Of a stretch of 58,119 bases of DNA, positions 12,401 to 24,954 are shown in pieces. Source of the stretch: Aplysia californica. Its lineage: Eukaryota. Location of the stretch: positions 819,082 through 877,200 of the forward strand of contig NW_004797517.1 in assembly GCF_000002075.1 (NCBI RefSeq). The letters run 5' to 3'. The stretch's first letter is position 1. Every line of letters starts with the position of its first letter. Made by a program: the position numbers and the translations under genes. Under the pieces are notes generated by a model that worked only from the letters and a program-made list of their open reading frames with translations, was not told the DNA's origin and made no database searches.

Positions 12401-15400
12401 CCAGCACGCAGAGCGCAAAACCTTTGTCCCCAGGTACCAGGATTCAGATGGGGTACATCACCTGTATCTCGGCAAAAATACCCCAATCATTATGAAATTT
12501 TCAGTACATTGGGAAAACTTGTACACGATGATCGCATATTCACCAAAAACTGGAATTAGAATCAGAACTAAAACCATTAGATCTAGCACATTCATCATCT
12601 GAATCATGGTCATGGTGTCAATGTAAAGCAGCACTCATGCTAGGTCTACTTGACATTTTTAAAGATATTTCAATTGTATACAAACTGACTTTTGTGCTCA
12701 AAAGCCACTAAATCATTCAGAAAGTTATAACTTTAACAAGTGCATATGTCTAAAAGGAAATCTTCCTACGTTTTTGTTGCTATATCACTGTCGCCAATCG
12801 GCATCCTGTGGGGAAAAGAGACCACTTCTTACTGTTGCTGATCAGAGTCCTTTGGGGACAAAGTGATAAGCCCTTGAGAGCCATCATATTTTACAGGAGT
12901 GCTCTGTTCAAAGTTGTAAGTCTTTCTTATTGTTTTAAACCCTCCAGTACTGAGCAGAAAAACACTGATCACACACTCGCTTGTTTACATTCTAATAGCA
13001 CCATCTTGATCATGTACCCATATGAATCTCCCCCGAGAAAAACACTAACCACAGTTCTAAAGAAAGTATGTGTACATTAATAAGCCTTAAAAAAAGGGTG
13101 ACTACCTCCAGGTACTATTTATGCACCACAAATACTTTAAAGATTACCGCTGAGATAGACTGGATCATGTGGAAGGTCTCATTAAGACTCTGTCCAACTT
13201 CATCACAGGAGACTGTCTCAAAACTTTACAAATTCACAAATCTGAAGATAGAAAATACAAACTCATAGTCAAAGGTGCCCCAAAGAGAGCTATGTCCAAA
13301 CATACGCCACCTTGTTTTGGACATCAAAAAGGTAAATTTGACTATTCAGATTTTTGGCCTCTGCAAATAAATCTGCCACGGTACGACAAAGTTTGTCTTC
13401 ATTCCTTCAAAGCTGACCACTAAATGCCACCATGCATACATGAAATCTCAGAAACAAAAACAAACAACAATACCAGACACTAAGATACACTGTCAGCACT
13501 CGCTGGAAGTCAAAAATGAAAGGAATTCGAGGAGGTAGTTAATCATTATGTCCATGAAAAAACAAAACAAGAACAAGGACTTGCAATGAAATTGTTCCTT
13601 CACAACTTAAAGACAAAACAAAAATAAGAAGGAAGGACTTGAATTCTTCATACAAGTTTGCAGTCCTTCACCCACAATTTTAATACCGTTGAGATAAAAA
13701 TGACTATTCTTTCAGGATCAATCACATGTCCATGCTAACAAAACTTTACAAAATGCTCCTTGTTATACCCTCTATATCAAAATTCTGCATCAACAACTCT
13801 TAATCATTCAGAAACAAACCTTACTCGTAAATCCACACATTAATTTTAATTTTTTTTTTAAACTGGGAAAAGATTTGGAAAGTCAGATCACAGCATTTGG
13901 CAATAGTGGATCATATTGACCAATGTGTTTTCATGCACCATCACTATGACAAGATAACTGTCCAACCAACAACAAAAATATGAGAACTTCTAACAGTAAA
14001 CTGATGTCTATTCGATAAAATCTGTACCACAAGGAAACAATATGGTGCAGTGGAGATGGAAGACATTAAGAAGAAAAATTTGACAAACTTTTCACAAACA
14101 TTCACTGATAATACACTCATAATCAATGCAGCTTTGTTGAAGCCAGACATCAAATGACTGGAGACACCTGAGGCAGACATAAACATACTCAGAGTAATGC
14201 CAAAGGCAAAAGTTAATTGTGGCTACCAGGCATTCATATTTCTGTGGCCAATGATTATTTAATGTGACAGCACTAAACCTTAAAATTGAATAGACCAATG
14301 TGTTTGATTCTCGTTATTTAGTGTATTTTTATCTCTGCTCTTTTTTCAATAAGGACATCCTGAAAGTGACATTTTCTTGTCTCACTCAAAGCAGATCAGA
14401 AGCTATTGTTTACCTCTCACTTGCATGCAGACTTTTCCAACAAAGAGTAAATGACATCCTAAAAAAAATGTCATATTCAATGATGATACCGGCACTATAT
14501 TTGTGATAAAAGCAGCTACTGAAAATTGATTCTTGAGCATATTAAATACTTTAATGGATAATATGAGGAGCTTTTGCTGTCTTCATGATATTTAAATCCA
14601 GAAAGAGACAACCAAATCTATCTATTCTTTTATATATTCTAAAGACACCACACTGTTATAAAACTTTTCAGTTTGAAAAAAAACCCAACCCAATATAATT
14701 TCAATGCCATCTGGCATTTCACTGGCAGCCCTGATCATCAACAAGCCAGAGCTGTTAGAATCCAACCTCAGTCAACAATTAATACCTCAGCACTGGTGAG
14801 TATTTTCACAAGCTTTCTCCATCACTACAAGGTAAAAACAAAAACTCTTTGACATCCAAGCAAGAAGAGCTAAAGCCAAGGTGAATGAAAAGCACACCAA
14901 CGTTAGAGACAGAACACCAAGAAAAAATAAACACGATTCCTCCACAGAGTTTTGCATCACTGAGTGCAAAACAGCAGTGAATATGTATCTCCAAGAGAAT
15001 GAAGACAAATCCCAAACCCATCAAATAAGGCATGATTTATCTTGCTTTTGTTGCTTTTGCATCCAAAAAATGAAATCAAAATGTACAAAAAAGGGGGATT
15101 GATATCACAGCCTGGTTAGCTGTGCAGCGCAAGGCTGCACGCCAATTTGCATTCCTTTCACAACATGAGAGGACACAAAACAAGGAGAAACTCCATACAC
15201 AATATTGTATAATATAATATATAATCTGAGTTAATACCATTGCAGACCATTGATATGAAGGAAGGAAACGGGGGGGAAGAGTGACGAGAACATGGCAAAT
15301 TGGTGAGGACAAACGGAAAGGAATGGAACACAAAAGAGTTGGTCTGCATGCCTTAAAACGAGAATGCTGTACCAACAACAAACAGTGAGGGAAAGAAAAC

Positions 15401-15740
15401 AAATTCAAAGCTGTCTCTAAGCAATTACAATTTCTTCTTTGTCCTTTGCTCTCTCTCCAATTTTGGGTGGAATTTTTACATCTAGTCAAAAAACATCTAG
15501 TACAGAAGAAACAGAGGACTTGTAAAAATTGGTGACTGGAAATATTTTACTTTGAAGGATGACGACATGTGTCACGACATGGTGGAATCGGGCACTTATT
15601 AATCTTTGAGCGTACGGAATTATTTATATCATATTTAAGTTTTTTTCATTTGTCTTGCTTTTGATGAAAAAAATACCACCTTTCTATTTTGAATAGAGGA
15701 CGAGATATTTGCTATGAGTGAGGTGGGGGTCACCACCCCG

Positions 15741-16320
15741 AGCTGCTACCTTTTTGGCCTAAGTCATTTTTTACACTTCCAACATAATTGAAAAAAACCG
15801 TCTCAGTAAGTGAAAAATGCACTTTGATAGCCCATGACTAACATAGACCATTTCATGACTGTGGCCTCTGACTTAAGGCCGTTGTGCAAAATGACTTGAG
15901 CCATTTCGTGACTGTTGTCTCTGATTTAGGCCATTTTGCAAAATGACCTGAGCCATAATTTTTTTGGTGCTTTTTTCAATTCTGAATGACTTAGGCCATT
16001 TTAAAAAGAATTTGATTGAAATGGACATTTAGATCTGAGACTGAAGGTAATAAACTTTCCCATGTTTTGGCCTAAGTCTGACTTAGGCAAAACAAAAATG
16101 AATGAGAGACGAATTGGCCTAAGTCAAACTTAGACCAAATAACACGCAAAAATCAATGTCACTTTTGACTTAGGCCAAATACATTTTTTTAATTTTCTTT
16201 GAAATGGTTTGGAGTATATTTTTAATTATACATCAGTATGTTAAGCAGATGTCAAGGAGTCCAGTGGTTCATCAGTTGCATTTTGGCCCAAGTCTGACTT
16301 AGGCCAAAAAGGTAGCAGCT
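15741..16320. mobile_element. MITE with perfect 26-bp TIRs and internal gacttaggcc repeats, nested in a TGTG...CACA element (about 15568-16615)
   Basis: agctgctacctttttggcctaagtca (15741-15766) is the exact reverse complement of 16295-16320. Confidence 0.85.
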
Positions 16321-18838
16321 TGGAAACCAGGTGTCAGGTAAAGATAGTCAGAAAATGGCTACCAAAGTGAGGTGATTCCCAAAGCTTGAGTGTCCTTGTT
16401 AACAGCAAATTTACATTTTCAAAAACTTTGATCTATGTTTATTCAGTAAAAATCTATCCAGAAATGTGTTTTATATGGACATAAAAGGTGGTTCAAAAAT
16501 ATAAAATTAATAAATATTGCCGAACGGGCGTGAAAAAAAATCCCTCATTCTTTCATTTCATTATTTTAATGAGTACCGATTTCACCAAGATGATACACAT
16601 ATTTTTCTACATGAGGCTAAATTAAACAATTACAAAACGTTTAAGCCTCACCAACAAGCCACATTCCAAGACAACACAAGTTCAAGCACCTCATTTAATA
16701 TGACCTTTGCCAACGCTTGTTTCATTTTTATTTTTTGAAAGACAGGATGTTTTCTACAATAACCTAAAATGCATTAACCAAAGCCTAAAATAGACCAACA
16801 TATGCATAATTTAAATTTTAAAGTTCTTCCCACGTCAATGCCTCACACTGTGAGATCAGTTTACAAATTCATTCTACCTAAAGGCAAAATGTACAACAAA
16901 ATTTTAAACAAAATACTGCTATTAAACAAGAACATAAAACTTTTTTGAGTGCTCAAACAGAACGCTTTATGAATCATCATTACATTGTAAAGACTTCTTT
17001 TTAAAAAAACAACCGTTCCCAAGTAAAAATGATACGTAGAAATGTAGATCTGAAGTCTCTTTTATAAAAGATATCAGTATGGAACATTAAGCACTGCTCT
17101 TTATAGCCATGAAGGTTACGTGAAATTTTCTGGTACATCAGTCAGAACACTGCTACCTAACAGAGCAGAAAACACACCATTCACTAGTCGTATCACTCTG
17201 ATGAAGACACCCATCCTGTGGTTGAAATAAATAACTGGGTAACGAGAGGGGACGAGTGCTGAGAAGTAACCGGTTGTGATTAACATGTTCACCAAATACT
17301 GAAAGTTATGTAAAGTATATGAGAATGAAAAGTGTATAACAATACAGAGGAAGATGATTCATTTTCAATCCAGTCAGCGATTAACTCTCCTCTGAAAAAA
17401 AAAAAAACAGCCAGTACGTTCTCATATTTTAAAAGCAGACAACTTATTCGTGCATAAAACCAAATGGGTACATTACGGTATGCATAATACAAATGCAAGA
17501 AAGTAAATCAAAATAAATATCATCACCCCACAGTGCTAAAGCTTGCATATTTATGTCAACCAGTGTTATTGATTGATTAAAGGAGTTAGCAGCGGTAGTG
17601 ATTATAATTATACAAATTATAAATATCAAACTGTACATTACCAGGACTGTGTGGATAATAATCATCAGTTTAGTTTTAACATAAGAGAAAAAAAAAAAAA
17701 AAGAAAAAAAAAGAAAATCCCGGAATAAAACCAAATAATCAACAAACCAATAATCAGCCTGAAAGACATGTAATTCCGTGTCACCGTACAGTCAATATCA
17801 ACCATTTCCTCCACCTCCATAGCCACAGCCCACTTGGGAAGCGCTGGATTTTTTAAAGGAGCACGTCCACTAACTTGTGATGATTAACTACATCCACAAA
17901 CTAAACGTTCTTAAAAAAATTTGTGGCAAACTGCTCATGTAGTACACTGTTTCATGGATAACCCTTGGTGGGAAAATCTGCACCAAATGTTATGGTGCAC
18001 AATTTAGTTCAAAGACAAAAGTGACAGTCCAGGGAACATAGCAAGAAAGATCAAAGCCATTCCCACTATAGTCAGCCATATTATCCAAATCCAAAGGCAG
18101 TTGTACTAATCCACCCCAACACACAAAAGTTTTCCATACTTAAAACAAGTTGCTTTTGTCCGTGCCACATATGCAGCATGGTTTGGATGTAGTCAACTTA
18201 TGGACAAGGTCAAGTGCACACAATAGCTCTTCACAACAACAACCCATCATCACAGCCATTTCCTGCTGGCAGGTATATCACGAATATCAGTGGTTAAATA
18301 AGTCATCACATCAACAGGCTTATTTCATAGAGGACATCATCATAGTCGGCAAGAAACACGAGCTAGAGCATGTAGCCTCTGGCTCACAGCAAGAGGTAGT
18401 TCCATTGAAGTCACAGCTTGCTTCGGTTAACTAAAAACACAGCCCATCAAGTAAACAGAGCAACAGGTAGCACTTTCTTCTTCACACACTGTTACCTTTC
18501 CCTTTTATTTACACAGCAATAAATGTTATGTGCAGCGAGTAAGCTCAACAGCCCTGTCTTCAATCATTTTCCTTCAAAACACAGCCCCCAAAAAATCATT
18601 GCAGCTTATACATGGCCAACTATTCAATAAGCATTGTCAACTTCAAGTCGAGCTAGTGGTAAAAGAAAACATTTTTAAAATACAACCTTTGCTTCCTCCG
18701 GAACCTTTTCAAAATTTACTTTCCCAAAGTGCGATACGTGTACAGCTTCAAGCATCTTGTTAATTATTCTGCTGACATACTGTACCTCCATGGTCAGTCT
18801 TGAGTTGGCAAAACAGAATACAGAGACTGTAGTACAGC

Positions 18839-19107
18839 CTAGACCTGAGCCTTGGGCGAGGTGTCAGTGCCCGCTGGCGTCATGGGCTGCTGGGGAGTCG
18901 GGGGCTGTTGGGACAGACCAGCACCTCCCTGTTGTTGTTGAGCCTGGTGTTGTGTTGCTTGAGGTTGTTGTTGTTGCTGCTGCTGTTGTTGTTGTTGTTG
19001 AGACTGTTGTTGTTGCTGCTGCTGCTGAGTAGGTGGGGCTTGAGAGGAGGAGGCACCGTTAGAGGAATCCAAGCTTTCACTGGAATGAACGGCTGAGAAA
19101 TATCGGT
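18839..19107 (-). CDS. NFI: NFI last coding exon with polyQ tract; stop TAG at 18839-18841
   Basis: Acceptor ttttttttacag with phase-1 entry gives DRYFSAVHSSESLDSS...(Q-rich)...SPKAQV*. Confidence 0.85.
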
Positions 19108-20789
19108 CTGTAAAAAAAAAAGAATTACAAAGAAAATTGAATGTACCAAAAAGACATTACAGACCAGACTTCGTTTAGAGGCAAAATAACTATTTGACCT
19201 GGTTAAACGAATGAACAATTCTGATAAGTAAAAGCTTTGGCAAATTGTCAGAAGCAGTCATCCTCACAGATGACTGGCTGCCTTCCATTTAAGGGTAAAC
19301 CCCATCGCAATATGTAATGACAGATACTCGTTTAAGAAAAACAGATGATACCTAGATCATGAGATCAATGAATCTACCCATGATTCAATGGGACGACAAA
19401 TAAAACAACATACAGTGATTTGGCTCTCAGTGTTTTCCTTTCATGAAATCATTAATTTCTAAACTTGCATCTTAAAGAACAAACAACTTTCCTTTCTTTA
19501 ATCATCTTTTATTAAAATAATGCTCTATAGTCAGTTGATCATCCACTAGCCCTTGGACTCCATCTCCCGTGGCAAAACACCTAAAAAAATGTTCTAGGTC
19601 ATAATAAGATATATTTTTCCCTTTGGACACAAAACATGAAGAAAGCTTAAAATTGAGTAACCAGAGACAGGAAGGGTAGTGATGATAGTTTAAAAAAGAT
19701 AGAGGAAAGCAGGGACAAGGAAACATGGATATGAATACTGTTTTGGTGCCGTCAGACTAAGCCAGACGTGAAATATACTCCAGTGATCTTGTAGTTAGTG
19801 AGCTCAGGCTCGCAATATTGTCAAACACATGTAAGTGAAATAATATTCAGAATCTGAACTCTGCACAAAGAAGAACAGCGATAGTGTGTTGATTGTCTTT
19901 ATTCATGTGATATTGTGTATTATGTCATGTAAACTAATGATCATAAATATGCTTTTATGAGTTATGCTTTTGCCATCCATGAGGAAGGATAAAAGCATTT
20001 GTTGTTTTTTACTTTACATTGACAGAAGAATGGATTATCTTCACAGTCTACACTCCCAGTACGCATTGCGAAGTCACTTCTAAAAATGACTGAACAGGAA
20101 CAAGAACAGGCCTGTAAGTATGCTCTGAGAAAAACTGCTGCAAATGCTGTTTGGCTAGAAATGTGACTGGTGCATGTAGCAGGGTTCCCTATTGCCCCCA
20201 CCAAAGAGACTAAAAAAAAACCCAACCCAAAGACACGTTACTCAGTGCAAAATACAAGCCATTTAGTAAAGGTTACAGGGACACTGCTGGAACTGATTGC
20301 GCTTTTAACAACAGCTTTCCAGCGCCTTACATGAGCATGTCCTTTAATATGGATTACCACGAGTCTTTCTTGCCTCAGCTCAGACAAGTTCCGCAGTGTT
20401 AACAATTCATCATACCCAGCTAAATAATTTTCTGAATAAAGCCTGGCAAAACTTCCTTGTTGCTTTCTCTCTCCATCAGCCACGCCCACATAATCTATCT
20501 ATAAACTGGCATTTAATGGAATTTATGCATGAGTATTTGAAGTAAAAATTGCTTAGACATGATGATAAACGTCAGTCAGACTGCTCAAGTAGACACAAAC
20601 TCATCTGAGCATATATCAAGCAGAAGTTTACCAAGTGTTAAACATACAAGGCACGTTAGTCTTTGAAACTTAAGATATGCTTTCTGATTCAAAGCATGAC
20701 CTGCAGAAGAGATGAAACATTTTAGAGGAGAGGAGACGAGAACACAAAACTTTTCTTCCACATTGAACAAATTTTTTATTGAAGCTCAC

Positions 20790-21021
20790 CTTCCCCCAAC
20801 AGAGCCTCATCAGTGTTGACAGTGGGCATGATGTTGGCCAGCATAGAGTAGTCCATGTTCTCATCCATCGACAGGTTCCCCCAACGTGAGTTGAAATTAA
20901 TTGGAGTAGACCGAGGGGTCGTTCGTGGCGTTGCTATGGGCGACGCAATCAGACTCAGGGTGGTAGGGCTGATCACACCACTAATGGCATTAACTGGACT
21001 GATACTTGAGTAGGTAAAGAC
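20790..21021 (-). CDS. NFI: NFI exon (VFTYSSISP...ATPRTTPRSTP...EALLGE)
   Basis: Acceptor ttccctgtcag, donor G|gtgagc; 232 nt, phase 0 to 1, rich in S/T-P sites. Confidence 0.87.
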
Positions 21022-22446
21022 CTGACAGGGAATACAAAGTACGAGTGAAGATTTGGTGGTAGGCAAAGACTTCCAAATGCCACATGAAGGCATAAACTTC
21101 AATCATTTGTTCTGTGATGGCATATTTCATTGTGGTGTTCAACACGACTTTTATAATAGCCAAAAACCAGCAGTGGATTCCCAAATTCTAAAAGGGAAGA
21201 TGTGGAAAGAGTTTTAGATAGGACACAAAGACAGAATATTTACTTGTCACAGGACTGGTAAGCGTGCTTATTTTTTCCCCCAAAATAAAGGACAAAAATG
21301 CCCAGACCAAAAAGTATCTAGCTGTCATTGTTAAGAATAAAAACCACTGACATCAAAAAGAGGAAAAAGCCGCTGTCATTGAGAGTCTATGGCAAGCCAG
21401 CAAAACAATCTTCTGGACACTAAGATAAATGAAAAAGCATAGATCGTATTGATCGCACCAGAACGCCCATCAATCACTTCTGAGACAAATCAGTAAGCAA
21501 AGAATCTTTTAAAAAGGTGACGTCTTAACTTTTCCAAAGGGCTACACTTGCATTAGGCAATGTCATATTTTCAAAAAGCAATTCTTCTGCAGTCAGCAGT
21601 TTGTGCAGGCAGTTAACAGGACTGAAGTTAAAGATACAAAAAAAACTAGTATTTGACTCCAACCAACATGAAGCCTCTGGCAAGAGTTTCTGGACACAGA
21701 AATTGCCCCAGATTGTGTAGACAGTTATGACTGCTGTTCAAGAATCCATGAAAAGAAACCAGCACTTTTTTACTTTTTTTTAGCTTAACACTTTGCAGTC
21801 ACACAGCCAGCAGTACAAAATACCCCATCTGGTCACCCAGCCAGGAGAGCGACTGCAACGGACTTCTTGGGCCTGGCGCACTGTTACTGTCATATCACAC
21901 ATGTTCATCATGATGTTAACATAGAGTTTAACACCCTGGGGTACACAGTGAAACACAAGGGCTTTGATAATTGCAGCTTCAAAATAAAAAGTGGATTAAC
22001 AACAGCACACTCAACTAGACACATCAACACGATAAATCTTAAAAACCAATTAAAGAAATAGCTTTAAAACGCAAGGTGTAAAAATACTGTCAACTCCAAA
22101 AAGAACTGGAGTCACATTTTCATCTTCAAACTCACCTACAATATTATAAACCCCAAACACTTCTAAAAACAACGAAAAATGGATAAGAACAACTGATCAA
22201 ATTACTTTTGCAACTCAAAACTTGCATAATGTTCTCCCGCCTTCACAGATTACCAAAGTTCCATGGGTGAATATTACAACCCTTTGTAAAGTATAGCTTC
22301 AAGCACAATAACTTTTGAGAAGGAAACATTAAGTGACAAGGTCACAAAGCAACTCCGTCACATTTGAAGAATCGAGCAATCTGAGACTTCATAAGAACTT
22401 CATAAGAAATGGTAGGAAGCATTGGAAAAAAATTTTTTAAAAAATA

Positions 22447-23241
22447 CAGTGGAATCCTGTTATAACGAGAGGGAGGGGACTGGTGCGAAAGGTCAGTTAT
22501 AGCAGGATTCTCGTTATAAGGGATCCAGTAATAAATTCAAGGGAAATAGTAAAGTAGGCCTAATCTATGAGTTTGGCATTCTGTTTATTCCTTTTTCTAT
22601 TTCCCCTGATGATGATTTGTTCAACATGATCTCTAGGTCTTACTTGATCAAAAATCGAATTAGGTTTCTTTTTCTAGCACTAGCAATGTTGACAGCTCGG
22701 CGTTGGCGATCAGAAAGAAGGGGCTCTGGCTCTAGGGTAACTCGTCCGTTGTGTTGTCCCCCACCTCACCACACCCTGTGGTGCGTTGCGTCTGCTTGCG
22801 CACGTCACACATTCACTCCATCTATCACAGCATTGTGACCTCTCCATCCCGCACCAGAGTAGTGAGAGGCATGGTATGCCTAGATAATCTAGACTGGGCA
22901 GGCTTATCACGCGATGCATTCTGCTTGTCTGCGCATGCCACACCCTCCCCACTCATTCGCCCCGGCCTTCATTGTTGGTTCGCGTGGGCTCTCCCATTCT
23001 TTGTTTCCTTGGATCACCAACAACTTTCTCAACTAGCAAGGTTTTACAATATGTTTAACTGGTCTGTGCGCTGTGCACAGCAGCAGCAATATTCCGTTAA
23101 AACCAACTTGCATGGCGGTTTGATTGCGCAATAGCAGTATTTTATTTACAAAGATAAAGAAGGAGAAAAAACGGGGTTTTAGAATAGTGTCTTTATAAGA
23201 CTTCTCATTGTTTCAGGACTCGTTATAAGTGGACTCCACTG
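22447..23241. mobile_element. pogo/Tigger-like MITE
   Basis: TA|cagtggaatcctgttataacgag ... ctcgttataagtggactccactg|TA; TIRs plus TA target duplication. Confidence 0.85.
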
Positions 23242-24820
23242 TAGTAAGCATTAATTTTGTCATTAAAAAAAGAAAAAGAAAAAGAAAAATATTCTTTAAA
23301 AACACTGACAGTAAGTGAAAATATGTTTGGCAAAACATAATTGTGAAGAGATACAATGATTTTACAAGCTTTAGAGTGAAGTCTCCATTTTAGAAAAAAG
23401 ACATGCTTCATGAAGCTGACAACTTGACAATAAGAAGAGCTAGATCAAGAAACAGCACAGTCCAACAGGTTTAGGTTGAAAGCAATTCACTTTGCATAAA
23501 CAGACAATCAGGAACAGAACATGGAAAACACTAAAAGATAAGACTGCAAATCCAACGCCATATATATGGCAAAAAGGCAGAAAATGTCATGTCTGGCATG
23601 CTAAAGAAAAAACATTGAGATAAAACATAGAGGGGATATCAATATCAAATTTCAATGTACACAAGAAAGCAACCACCATAATTTTAATTAATTGTGGATG
23701 GTTATAATCAGCAAGCCAATTTAAAAAAAAGTAAAACAAAGCATACACTGACAATGCATTCGTAAATATCATAATTATGAGGAAAACCTCATTTTTTTCT
23801 TTTAACCAAAACAAAAGGGTGACAGGTCAGGGTCAATGTTCGCAAACAAAGGTACACACAAAGGCAAAGAGTGATGATGGTACTTGTGCAGATTTAAGTA
23901 AAATATTACCAGGAGTGACTAGTTCATAAGTTAAATTTTGAAAATAAAAAATACAGGGACTAAATTTCCACTTTTTTTCTTCTTTAATACAAATTGCAAG
24001 CAATATTACCATCATCACAAGTCCACTACTGGGAATCATTACGCTAGTTACAGCCCTGCTCGTACAAAAATGGAAGCTTGAGAACTAGAAATTTCAATAC
24101 AAGTTCAAATCCATTTACTCTCATCCCTCCACATCCCTAATTACAAGTGCAAGAAGCAATCGTTATCGAGACAGAAAAAGTCTAAAGATAAAAACATATA
24201 TACTCTGTAAAATATCTGATCACTATGAAAACACCTCTACAATGACAGTCAGTTTTATTTAGACATCTAATTTCAACATTTAAAAAAATCGACCTCTTGG
24301 TTTGTTTTTAAAGTTTGTGTGTAGGAATGGTCATTACACTTCAACACACAATGCTGCTATTATCTGACTTTTCAGTGAGCATGGAGAGCATAAGATGATT
24401 TCCCCAAAAGGTTTCCGGAGTCTTTCCAAACTTCTACCCCGTTTGCTTTTGCAAAGGGCCATAAAACAAGTTCTTTCTAATAAAATATTATCATGTTCTG
24501 ATCAAAATTCAAACAATATTCCCTGTGGCTGAACAATAGTAAGTGCACATTCTTTAAACACCATAACTTGGGATAAAGGTTTAAGATATTCTCAGTGAAA
24601 CCAAGAGTTCCCTTAAAGTAACTTATTGCAGCCAATTATGAAAGTGAATTAAATTTTAACAACAGACAAATTGTCTGCTTCACTCTAGTTTTCCTGACCA
24701 AAAGAGCCCAGTTTAACAATAATGCATTCAGTTCTGTAAAAGACCTAGCCCAAAACAGTCACAAGATCAAGGAGCTTCTGTTTCCAGTAGTGGACACATG
24801 CAGTTGCCAGGCAAGCTCAC

Positions 24821-24954
24821 CTGAGGGTGTATGTGAGTGAAGGCATGCTCAGATCGAGACAGCAGGGTAAAGGGACTAGACATGACTGTACGACTCACAG
24901 GGGGTGTGCTTGGGGAGCTGGACACACTGCCCTGAGCCAAACCATTGCTGCTCC
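24821..24954 (-). CDS. NFI: NFI exon (SSNGLAQG...HAFTHIHPQ)
   Basis: Acceptor gtccccag, donor CAG|gtgagc; 134 nt, phase 1 to 0. Confidence 0.85.

Larger units (their letters stand above)
5935..18838 (-). other. Candidate very long NFI 3' UTR (~12.9 kb)
   Basis: U-rich on the minus strand, with no credible coding exons and far fewer repeats than the introns. It ends at ATTAAA (5954-5959) followed by a GU-rich tract. Confidence 0.55.
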
